This document shows, piece by piece, positions 16,917 to 25,162 of a DNA stretch of 32,000 nt. The notes below the pieces were generated by a model. It searched no databases. It was not told the DNA's origin and saw nothing but the letters and a program-made list of their open reading frames with translations. The DNA lies in contig NZ_CP010904.1 of the NCBI RefSeq assembly GCF_001017655.1, positions 150,001 through 182,000 on the forward strand, written 5' to 3'. Numbering within the stretch: position 1 is the stretch's first letter; every line of letters starts with the position of its first letter. Source of the stretch: Kiritimatiella glycovorans (GTDB taxonomy: Bacteria; Verrucomicrobiota; Kiritimatiellia; Kiritimatiellales; Kiritimatiellaceae). The position numbers and the translations under genes are program-made.

Positions 16917-19517
16917 TCAAAGCCACCGGAAGGCCAGCACGCGGGGTGCCTGCTCGCGCTCCGGATCGCGCCAGCACACAGCCAGCGCAAGTCTGTCTGA
17001 GCTGACCTCACCATTATCGATAGTACCATCGCCATCCGCATCATCAATCGACTGCGCCGCGAGATAGACCAAAAAGAGATTCTGCCTCGTGGAAAGATAG
17101 GGGCGGAGGTGGCCGAGCAGGTTGTCGACGTCCCACTTGGTTACCATCCCCTCGTATCCCCAGTCTCCGTGATCGTCATCGATCTCAGAGAGCGGATAGG
17201 TGAAAGTCCCGCCTTTGAGTACATCCATGAGTTCATCGTAATCGTATTTTGAATAAGCCTCGTACGGGGTTCGGACCGGATCGTCCAGTATCAGTCTGCT
17301 CGCGAGGTCCCGGGCGGTTCCGGCATCCTCAATATAGTTGGTGGGAATAAAACTCTCCATGTACCGCCAATCGGGACGACGGTGATGCCACTTGTGCACG
17401 GGCGCCCTGTAAAGAAGCGAAGCCAGGACATTCGTCTGCAGGGTGTTCGGGTTGACCAGCCCGCGGGTGATCTCGCGCGGCAGCCCGTTGGTGCGTGACT
17501 CGTCCTTGAAGCCGAAATACTCGAACACCGGCCAGGCTTCGGGACCGGCAAGCTTCATGGTCGTCCAGGGCTTGTTCTCGTCGTAGAGAAACGTCCCGAA
17601 GTCCGCCACCGACCTCAGCAGACGGTTGGTCCATCCCTCATAGACGACAAAGTCCTTGCCCGGCTGATACATCCAGAACGTCCCGTCCTTTTCGGGGTCA
17701 TCGTAGGTCAGGACTGAATTCATCCCGGCGCCTATCCCGTTGCCGAGTGTTTCAGGCACACCCCAGTGCCAGTGATCTTCGAAATCCCAGTTGATTCGCG
17801 GGTCATCCACCTGGAATGAAACACGCTTTGAATTGGGGTTGTCGAGCGTTCCCGGAGTCGTTACGCAAGCCTGATCGAACGGCATATACAGGATATTGTC
17901 CGGATCTCCCGGGGCGATCACCTGGTCGAAGAGGAACCAGCCATCGGACATGTTGGTAGCATTGTTGCGCCACTGCGCGCGGATGCGGCCGAGCACGAAA
18001 TCAGTGGGAATGTCGAAGGGTTCATTGAGCTGACTGACCTCGCACTCCACGTAACCCGTCTCAAATTCGTTCGGCATGAACGTCTGGTGTTCCCGCGAGG
18101 TGCGGTGCATGAAGGAGCCGTTGTCGAGCGTGTTGAGATGGAAAAAACTGGTTTCTATCGATTTAGGCGTGAAATAGCGCCACCCGTTGCGGTCCGAGGG
18201 GAGATTGGAAACTCCGGGGTCTTCTGAAAAGTCAAGAGTGTCCGGGTCGAATTTGAAATCGAATTCGACGTACGGCGTGGTGCAGAAGTCACCGCTCCAT
18301 CCGCCCGCGAAATTCATGCGCGGGAAAGGATGCCAGAGTTCGATATCCGCGCGCAGACGGTATACGTAATTCGTTTCCCCGGGAACTGTTTCGTCTTTGT
18401 AATAGGTCGTGTCGATGACGATTTCATTGAGAAACGGCGCCAGCTTGAACCCCAGCGAATTCAGTCCCGTATCCCACCGGTCGGTTTCGCTCTCGTATCC
18501 CGACCCCTCCCATACGATGTCGTTGAACGCTGAGATATGGGTAAAGGACGCCGCACCGGTCGAGTGGTTGTAGAGCTGTTCCGCGATGGAGATCGCCGTG
18601 AACTCCGGATCGGTCAGGGACTCGACGTTTTCATGATAGTCGTACACCATCTCCCGGATCTGGTCGTAGACCTCCCTGCAATGCTCGGAGATATACGTCC
18701 ATTTCGCGGCTGTGCTGTTTCCGCGGCCGTTCCAGTTGAAGTCTCGTGTCTGGTTGATCAGGGTCCGCTCCACTCTGTTGCTGCCCATCCACCGCACAAT
18801 TTCACGGCGGTTTCCGTCTGAGTGCGGGACACTTCCGTTGGTGGGATAGTAGGAATGGGTGAAGAGGTGGACGGGACGTTCTTCGAGCAGGTCCTGGTTG
18901 AAGGAATAAAACTCGGGATTCGAGGCGTACATGACCGCATTGGTGCGACGGTCATCAACATCCCTAGCCGTGACCCCGTCTGCGAATTCGCGGAGAAGCG
19001 CGTTGTTCAATTCCAGATCGTACTGCGCATCTTCAGCTTTGCGCTCTTCGTCGAAAAGCGTGTTCGCATCAAAAAAACCGGCGCAGTCCACCGCCGCGAA
19101 CCCGATTCTCCCCACGGCGCGACCCGTGTCCTTTTCCGTAAGGGTAATCCACCGCGCCGGGGTGGGGGAGGCGGGATTGCCGACACCCTTCGGAAGATGC
19201 GTCCAGAGATTGGAGCGGTTCAGGTCGATCGTGTCCACCGTCCCGGCTCCATCGGAAACAATCCAGTCCTGAAGAGGGTAGTGGTTAGTGCCGACCTGCA
19301 GATCGATCTCGTTCAACGCCCGGTTCAGGGCGGCATCCACCAGATGACGGGTCTTCGCCGATTCGAGCTCGGAATCAAATACGAGACGTTCCGTGCGCAT
19401 CGATACCGCAAAACCCACGGCCATGATCATCAGCACCGCCAGCATCCCCAACACCAGAACCAGTGCGATGCCGGACCGTCGCCCCGCAGGGTCAGTATAT
19501 GCTTCCGTATAATTCAC
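16917..19517 (-). CDS. Oversized GspK-like pseudopilin-like protein (866 aa)
   Basis: GTG start. The N-terminus RRSGIALVLVLGMLAVLMIMAVGFAV..TERL is of the GspK type, with no Glu+5. Near the C-terminus, GLVNPNTLQTNVLASLL resembles the GspK helix-hairpin-helix-like segment (I-N-x-N-T-A...L..L). There is a DDADGDGTIDNGE Ca-binding-like loop. About 500 aa in between cannot be assigned. GC is about 53-63% in sampled lines. Confidence 0.55.
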   Translation of the reverse strand: MNYTEAYTDPAGRRSGIALVLVLGMLAVLMIMAVGFAVSMRTERLVFDSELESAKTRHLVDAALNRALNEIDLQVGTNHYPLQDWIVSDGAGTVDTIDLNRSNLWTHLPKGVGNPASPTPARWITLTEKDTGRAVGRIGFAAVDCAGFFDANTLFDEERKAEDAQYDLELNNALLREFADGVTARDVDDRRTNAVMYASNPEFYSFNQDLLEERPVHLFTHSYYPTNGSVPHSDGNRREIVRWMGSNRVERTLINQTRDFNWNGRGNSTAAKWTYISEHCREVYDQIREMVYDYHENVESLTDPEFTAISIAEQLYNHSTGAASFTHISAFNDIVWEGSGYESETDRWDTGLNSLGFKLAPFLNEIVIDTTYYKDETVPGETNYVYRLRADIELWHPFPRMNFAGGWSGDFCTTPYVEFDFKFDPDTLDFSEDPGVSNLPSDRNGWRYFTPKSIETSFFHLNTLDNGSFMHRTSREHQTFMPNEFETGYVECEVSQLNEPFDIPTDFVLGRIRAQWRNNATNMSDGWFLFDQVIAPGDPDNILYMPFDQACVTTPGTLDNPNSKRVSFQVDDPRINWDFEDHWHWGVPETLGNGIGAGMNSVLTYDDPEKDGTFWMYQPGKDFVVYEGWTNRLLRSVADFGTFLYDENKPWTTMKLAGPEAWPVFEYFGFKDESRTNGLPREITRGLVNPNTLQTNVLASLLYRAPVHKWHHRRPDWRYMESFIPTNYIEDAGTARDLASRLILDDPVRTPYEAYSKYDYDELMDVLKGGTFTYPLSEIDDDHGDWGYEGMVTKWDVDNLLGHLRPYLSTRQNLFLVYLAAQSIDDADGDGTIDNGEVSSDRLALAVCWRDPEREQAPRVLAFRWL

Positions 19518-19800
19518 AGTGTGTAATTAGACCACAGAAGTCATTGCCGGATCAAATAAAATGATAATATATCGCCTTGCGAATTAAATAATAGGCTCGT
19601 GCGCCAGCTTTATTTGCTTCTGTGAAATCCAAAGATACATAAAAACATCCGTGCTCAAAATAAATATCTTTAAGTTTCGCTCAAGCAACGTTTCTTTTGG
19701 TTTTTATTATAAATCGTAAAAGCTCCCGATTCCGTGCGAGGGGGCGGGTGCCCGGCATAGCGAGAACGTACTATTTTCGCATTACTTCGCGTTTGTTTAA
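19518..19800 (-). promoter_or_regulatory. AT-rich leader/promoter region upstream of the GspK-like operon
   Basis: About 280 bp at roughly 35% GC (for example AAATAAAATGATAATATAT and TTTTTATTATAAATCG) in an otherwise 65-70% GC context, directly upstream of the minus-strand gene start at 19517. Confidence 0.4.
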
Positions 19801-19888
19801 TCCGGGGTGGAACAAGGGGAGGAAGCCTGGATCCTTCTGACTGCACCGACGGTTCGTAGCGAAATGTCCGGCCGGCGTATCGATCGCG

Positions 19889-20032
19889 CAGCGATTCTCA
19901 TTATGGCTTCACCCTTTTCGGTCGGGGTGGCACCCGACCCTCCCAGTGCCCGAAAATGCGTCGGATATCGACTCGGGAGGGACGGCTGCCACGCCGTCCG
20001 CGGTCGGAATGCGGCCATAATGAGAACTGCTG
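19889..20032 (+). mobile_element. MITE copy D
   Basis: Identical to copy A. Perfect 9-bp direct repeat TCGATCGCG at 19880-19888 and 20033-20041. Confidence 0.9.
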
Positions 20033-20172
20033 TCGATCGCGCGACATGCCTTGCGTCCGGCGTCCTCAATCTTCATAATGACCGACTCCGTTTGATGCGC
20101 CCCGGACTCCGTGCGCCGGGGCGGGAGCGGAAGAGCGGAACCGATAACCCACCAACCAGCGACGGGAGACTC

Positions 20173-21396
20173 ATGGATATACAGCCTTTTCATGCATGGC
20201 GGCCGAAAGCGGGACAGGAACATCGCGTGGCGGCTCCGCCCTACGACGTGGTGACGGCGGATGAGGCCCGCGAGCTGGCGGGCGACAACCCGCACTGTTT
20301 TCTGCATGTCACGCGCGCGGAGATCGATCTGCCGGCGAATATCGAGCCCTACAGCGACGAGGTGTACTTGCGCGGCCGCGACAATCTGGACCGGATGAAA
20401 CGCGAACACGTGCTCGAACGGGACGCGGAGCCGTCACTCTACCTCTACAGCCAGAGCGATGAGACGCACGAGCAGAACGGGCTGGTGGCGGCGTGCCACG
20501 TTCGCGATTACGTCGAAGGCCGCATCCGGATCCATGAGAAGACGCGCGCGGCGAAAGAGGCGGACCGGGTGCGCTGCATCGATACCCAGAACGCGCAGAC
20601 CGGCCCGGTCTTTCTCGCCTACCGCGGGCGGGAGGACCTGAACCGCCGCGCCGCGGAACTCAAGACGCACGAGCCGATCTTTACGCTCGAAACCCCGGAG
20701 GGGGTCACGCACCGCGCCTGGGCCATTCCCGATCCCGACGCCTGGGTTGAAGCCTTTGCCGATATCCCGGAGGTCTTCGTGGCCGACGGCCACCACCGCG
20801 CCGCGGCCGCCTCGGCCGTGGCGGCCCGCCGTCTCGAGGCCCGCGGGGGCGAACAACCCTTCGCGCCGGACCAGTATATGATGGCGGTGCTCTTTCCCGC
20901 CGAACAGCTCTGCATCCTTCCGTACAACCGGATCGTGCGGCGCCTCCCCGCGGACTCCGCAGCCTTTCTCGACAAACTGAACGAGGTGTGCGCGATCGAA
21001 CCGCTCGACGCGCAGCGCACGCCGGAACACGGCCGGTTTCTCTGCTATATCGACGGCAGCTGGCACCGGCTTACCCCCCGCACGGAAGCGCCGGAGGACG
21101 ACCCCGTGGCGCGGCTGGACGTCAGCCGGCTGCAGGACGCCATCCTGGCTCCGCTGCTCGGGGTTGAGGACCCGCGCACGGACGAGAATATCGACTTCGT
21201 CGGCGGCAAGGGCAGTCCTGAAAAGATTAAAGCGATGGTCGACGGCGGCGAGGCCGCGCTGGGCTTTTCGCTGCATCCGACCACGATGGACGACCTGATG
21301 GCCGTGGCCGAGGCCGGAAGACTCATGCCGCCGAAGAGCACCTGGTTCGAGCCGAAACTCCTCTCCGGCCTCTTCGTCCACACGCTGGAGGAATAA
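20173..21396 (+). CDS. DUF1015 family protein
   Basis: ATG follows GGGAG. The N-terminus MDIQPFHAWRPK....VAAPPYDVVTADEAREL..NPHCFLHVTRAEIDLP is characteristic of DUF1015. 407 aa. The track ORF start at 19807 reads through the MITE. Confidence 0.85.
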   Translation: MDIQPFHAWRPKAGQEHRVAAPPYDVVTADEARELAGDNPHCFLHVTRAEIDLPANIEPYSDEVYLRGRDNLDRMKREHVLERDAEPSLYLYSQSDETHEQNGLVAACHVRDYVEGRIRIHEKTRAAKEADRVRCIDTQNAQTGPVFLAYRGREDLNRRAAELKTHEPIFTLETPEGVTHRAWAIPDPDAWVEAFADIPEVFVADGHHRAAAASAVAARRLEARGGEQPFAPDQYMMAVLFPAEQLCILPYNRIVRRLPADSAAFLDKLNEVCAIEPLDAQRTPEHGRFLCYIDGSWHRLTPRTEAPEDDPVARLDVSRLQDAILAPLLGVEDPRTDENIDFVGGKGSPEKIKAMVDGGEAALGFSLHPTTMDDLMAVAEAGRLMPPKSTWFEPKLLSGLFVHTLEE

Positions 21397-21399
21397 CCC

Positions 21400-21578
21400 G
21401 CAGGCCGAACCCGTGCGTGAGGGTAGGGATTCTGCTGGACAGCAGAAGGCCGTCCGCCGTTTTCGTACTCTTACTCGTACTCGTACTCGTACGCGTACTC
21501 GGAGCGCCGAAGGCGCGATTCCACTTCCCCTGTTCAAGGAACTCGAGTACGAGTACCGCTTCGCTGAGTACGAGTACG
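21400..21578 (-). repeat. GTACTC/GAGTAC hexamer palindromic element, copy R2 (extended form)
   Basis: Matches 21681-21847 except for 4 substitutions and a 12-nt (two-hexamer) insertion. It includes the 18-bp palindrome TTCTGCTGGACAGCAGAA (21430-21447) and the GCGCCGAAGGCGC hairpin. Confidence 0.8.
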
Positions 21579-21680
21579 CGTACGTTGTGACGCGAGCGGG
21601 TTTCTAATCCAGCCGCTACGACTTCAGTAGTTCCACAAAAATCCACAAAGAACCCGAAGATCACGCCCTACCCGGGAGGC

Positions 21681-21880
21681 GCAGGCCGAACCCGTGCGTG
21701 AAGGTAGGGATTCTGCTGGACAGCAGAAGGCCGTCCGCCGTTTTCGTACTCTTACTCGTACGCGTACTCGGAGCGCCGAAGGCGCGATCCCACTCCCCCC
21801 GTTCAAGGAACTCGAGTACGAGTACCGCTTCGCTGAGTACGAGTACGATATTCCCCCGAGTGTCCCCATGTTGAACTCAG
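21681..21880 (-). repeat. GTACTC/GAGTAC hexamer palindromic element, copy R3 (extended form)
   Basis: Tandem partner of R2 with a period of about 281 bp. Its minus-strand 5' end, CTGAGTTCAAC, contains the mfd stop codon (21877-21879). The palindrome TTCTGCTGGACAGCAGAA is at 21711-21728. Confidence 0.8.
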
Positions 21881-24800
21881 CAGTTCCTCAAGACAACCCC
21901 CAGCTCCCTGAGTCTGCCGTCCGGCGTTTCGGCACACAGGCGCGGGAATCGGGATCCCGTCCGCAGCCACGAGCCGTCGTCCTTCTGCAGCATCACCTTC
22001 TGTTCATGCACACGCACGAGCACGAGTTCCAGCGCCGCAGCGTCGAGCCGGATCAGCGTCAGCCGGGCCAGGCGGCGGACCGGCGGGGGCAGCGGGCCGA
22101 AACGGTCCCGCAGCTCCCGGACGGTCGCGCGCAGTTCGCGCCCGCCGGCCGCGGCCGTAATCCGGCGGTAGAAACGGATGCGCGCCGTTTCATCCTCCAT
22201 GTAGTCATGGGGGATATAGGCCGCATTTTCCTCCCCGGCACCGGCGGACGGCGGGCCGGGCCGGATGAATTCGAGGTCGATGCGCACCTCCGCGAGCGGC
22301 GGCACGGGCTCATTCCTGAGCCGGGCCACCGTGCGGCGCAGCAGGCGGCAGTACAGTTCGAACCCGACGGATGCGATGTGACCGCTCTGCTTCGCGCCGA
22401 GCAGGTTGCCCGCGCCGCGGATTTCGAGGTCGCGCAGGGCGAGCTGAAACCCCGATCCGAGTCCCGAATGACGGCGGAGTGCGCGGATCCGCTTGCGGGC
22501 GTCGGCGAACAGCGCGCCGTGCCGCGGGATCAGAAGACAGGCGTAAGCCCGGTGGCGCGACCGCCCCACCCGTCCCCGTAGCTGATAGAGTTCCGCGAGT
22601 CCGAAGCGGTCGGCCCGCTCGATGAACATCGTGTTCACGCGGGGCAGATCGAGTCCGCTCTCGATGATGGTCGTGCAGAGCAGCAGATCGATCTCCCCGC
22701 GGCTGAAGCGGTGCATGACCTCCGACAGGCTGCGCTCGTCCATCCTCCCGTGCGCGACTCCGATCCGGGCTTCCGGTAGCAGGCGCTCGAGTTCCCCGCG
22801 CTTCTTTTCGATGGTCTCCACCCGGTTGTGCAGATAGAAGATCTGCCCGTCGCGGTTCAGTTCGCGGAGCGCGGCCTCGCGGATCAGCGCCTCGTCGTAC
22901 TCCCTCACCTCCGTGTCGATCGCCTGCCGTTCGCGCGGCGGCGTCTGGATCGTACTCATATCCCGCACACCCGTCAGACTCATGTAAAGCGTGCGGGGAA
23001 TGGGCGTTGCCGTCATGGTGAGCACATCGATGTGCTGCCTCAGGCGCTTCAGCTTTTCCTTGGCGTCGACTCCGAATCGCTGTTCCTCGTCGATGACCAC
23101 CAGTCCCAGGTCGTGGAAACGGATGTCCTTCGAGAGCATGCGGTGGGTGCCGATGACGATATCGAGCGCCCCGTCGGCCAGTTCGCCGACGATCCGGCGC
23201 TGTTCTTTCGGGCTCCGGAAACGGCTGAGCATGTCCACGCGCACGGGAAACGCGGCCATCCGCTCGCTGAAATTGTCGTAATGCTGCTGGGCCAGGACGG
23301 TGGTGGGCACGAGCACGGCGGCCTGCGCGCCGTCCATGACGGCCTTGAACGCGGCGCGCATGGCCACCTCGGTCTTCCCGTATCCGGCGTCGCCGCAGAT
23401 CAGCCGGTCCATGGGACGCGGCGATTCCAGGTCGCGCTTGACCTCCCGGATTGCTTCGAGCTGATCGTCGGTCTCCGTGTACGGGAAGGACGCCTCGAAC
23501 TCGGCCTGCCACGCGGTATCGGCCGAAAAGGCCCGTCCGCCCTCGAGTTCGCGCGCGGCCTGGGTCTCGAGCATGCGGGCGGCGAGATCGCGCACCCCGT
23601 GCTCCACGGTGTCGCGTTCGCGCGACCAGCGCCGACCTCCGAGCTTGTGGAGGCGCGGGGCGGAACGGCCCGCGCCGACGTAGCGGCTCAGCAGGTGGGC
23701 CTGATCGACGGGGAGGTAGAGCCGGGCGCGGTCGGCGTACTCCACCACCAGCGATTCCCGCCGGCCTTCTTCGCTCTCCGTCTCGAACAGGCCCAGGTAG
23801 CGGCCGATGCCGTGTTCGACATGCACCACAAGGTCGCCGGGCTGGATGTCGAAGGCTTCTTCGTAGCGGCGACCCTCGCGCGCCCGCCGGCCGGCCTTCC
23901 GTCGGCGCGCCTCGACGGGGCGGCGCGTACGGTAGTCGTAGAAATCGCACTCGGCGATGATATGGAACCCCGCGGCGTCGCTCCGGCAGCTGTCCGAGAG
24001 TACGCCGTCGCAGAGCCGGACCCGCTCCGCCCCGGGGAGGTTGCCGTAGAGTTCGGCGAAGCGGTTGCGGCTGCCCGCGGTTTCGAAGAAGAACTCCACG
24101 TATCTTCCGTCGCGCGCCTCGCCGAACAGCCGCTCGACCACGCGGCGCCGGCCCTGTTCGGCCAGGTCGGGGCGGCCGCTCCGCTCCCCGGCCGTGTAGT
24201 CGGGCGCCCAGCCGCGCAGGTCGAGCGGCCGCACCCCGGTGTCCGCCAGCGGTCCGATCTCGATGCGCCGGCGGGGCGGGCGGTCGCCGAAGCACTCGGC
24301 CTCGAGCCGCGAGGCCAGTCGCGGAAGCGCCTCGGGGATACGCTCGTAGAGTTCGAGGTGTTCGCGGATCGATTCCGGCCGGACCATGAACCAGCGCATC
24401 CCGGCCTCGAGATGTTCGAGCGGCGAGACGAGGTCTTCCGTCTCGAGGTCGATACTCAGATCCGCGGGGGTCACCGCCACGGACTCCAGCCGGTCGAAGG
24501 ATCGCTGAGAGTCGGGATCGAAGCGGCGTATCGATTCGACCTCGTCGCCGAACCACTCGATACGCACGGGCCGGTCCTCGCCGGGGGGCCAGACATCGAC
24601 GATCCCTCCGCGCCGCGCCGCCTCTCCGCGCCGGAAGATTTCCCCCTCGAAACGGTAGCCGCCCTCGCCCAGTCGCCCGAGCAGCTCTTCCGGCGGGAGG
24701 GTATCCCCGCGCCGCACGGGGAACCGGCGGGCCGTGAGCCGTCCCGGAGGCGGCACCGGCTGGAGCAGCGCCTGGACGCACGTCAGGATGATCCGCGGCG

Positions 24801-25149
24801 GTTCGTCGCCGCGGCAGGCCTGCAGCGTACGGAGCCGCGCGGCGGCCCGTCCCGCCTCCGTCTCGTCGTCTCCGGCCTCCGCGGATTCGCGGGAGGGGAA
24901 CACCCGCACGTTTTCGGGCGACCCGCCGGACAGCGCGCCGACGGTCGCCTCCAGTCGCGCGAGCGCCTCCGGGCCTTCCGTGACCCAGCACTGCGGTTCG
25001 GTCTGTGTTTCGGCCAGCTCCAGGGCGATCAGCGCCTGGGCCGTCACCGGAAGCTCCGCCAGCCGCTGCGGCGAATCGGCGGCAAAGACGAAGGCGAGGG
25101 TCTGCCGGTCCCGGGGCGACAGGGAGGGTTTCTGAAGCGGCGTTTTCAC
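21877..25149 (-). CDS. mfd: Transcription-repair coupling factor
   Basis: 1090 aa with a GTG start. Contains the UvrB-homology N-terminus, the CarD/RID-like VVHVEHGIGRY, helicase motifs ICGDAGYGKTEVA, VIDEEQRFGV and LTMTATPIPRTL, LYQLRGRVGRSRHRAYA, and a TRCF C-terminal domain. Confidence 0.95.
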   Translation of the reverse strand: MKTPLQKPSLSPRDRQTLAFVFAADSPQRLAELPVTAQALIALELAETQTEPQCWVTEGPEALARLEATVGALSGGSPENVRVFPSRESAEAGDDETEAGRAAARLRTLQACRGDEPPRIILTCVQALLQPVPPPGRLTARRFPVRRGDTLPPEELLGRLGEGGYRFEGEIFRRGEAARRGGIVDVWPPGEDRPVRIEWFGDEVESIRRFDPDSQRSFDRLESVAVTPADLSIDLETEDLVSPLEHLEAGMRWFMVRPESIREHLELYERIPEALPRLASRLEAECFGDRPPRRRIEIGPLADTGVRPLDLRGWAPDYTAGERSGRPDLAEQGRRRVVERLFGEARDGRYVEFFFETAGSRNRFAELYGNLPGAERVRLCDGVLSDSCRSDAAGFHIIAECDFYDYRTRRPVEARRRKAGRRAREGRRYEEAFDIQPGDLVVHVEHGIGRYLGLFETESEEGRRESLVVEYADRARLYLPVDQAHLLSRYVGAGRSAPRLHKLGGRRWSRERDTVEHGVRDLAARMLETQAARELEGGRAFSADTAWQAEFEASFPYTETDDQLEAIREVKRDLESPRPMDRLICGDAGYGKTEVAMRAAFKAVMDGAQAAVLVPTTVLAQQHYDNFSERMAAFPVRVDMLSRFRSPKEQRRIVGELADGALDIVIGTHRMLSKDIRFHDLGLVVIDEEQRFGVDAKEKLKRLRQHIDVLTMTATPIPRTLYMSLTGVRDMSTIQTPPRERQAIDTEVREYDEALIREAALRELNRDGQIFYLHNRVETIEKKRGELERLLPEARIGVAHGRMDERSLSEVMHRFSRGEIDLLLCTTIIESGLDLPRVNTMFIERADRFGLAELYQLRGRVGRSRHRAYACLLIPRHGALFADARKRIRALRRHSGLGSGFQLALRDLEIRGAGNLLGAKQSGHIASVGFELYCRLLRRTVARLRNEPVPPLAEVRIDLEFIRPGPPSAGAGEENAAYIPHDYMEDETARIRFYRRITAAAGGRELRATVRELRDRFGPLPPPVRRLARLTLIRLDAAALELVLVRVHEQKVMLQKDDGSWLRTGSRFPRLCAETPDGRLRELGVVLRNC

Positions 25150-25162
25150 AAAAATCTTCGGG

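Noticed and set aside
14031-20032. MITE copies C (-) and D (+) are in inverted orientation and bracket the whole pseudopilin/GspK-like region, resembling a 6-kb composite transposon.
   Set aside because: Each copy has its own perfect 9-bp duplication on both of its sides (CTCCGGATG and TCGATCGCG). The outer flanks of the pair do not match each other. The two elements therefore inserted independently rather than moving the intervening DNA as a unit.
21400-21880. Two near-identical repeats of about 180-200 bp separated by a unique spacer of about 100 bp, plus short hexamer arrays. I considered a CRISPR array or a degenerate one.
   Set aside because: There are only two units. The repeat length (about 180 bp) far exceeds CRISPR repeats. 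The internal hexamer arrays are contiguous with no spacers. No cas genes or leader are present.
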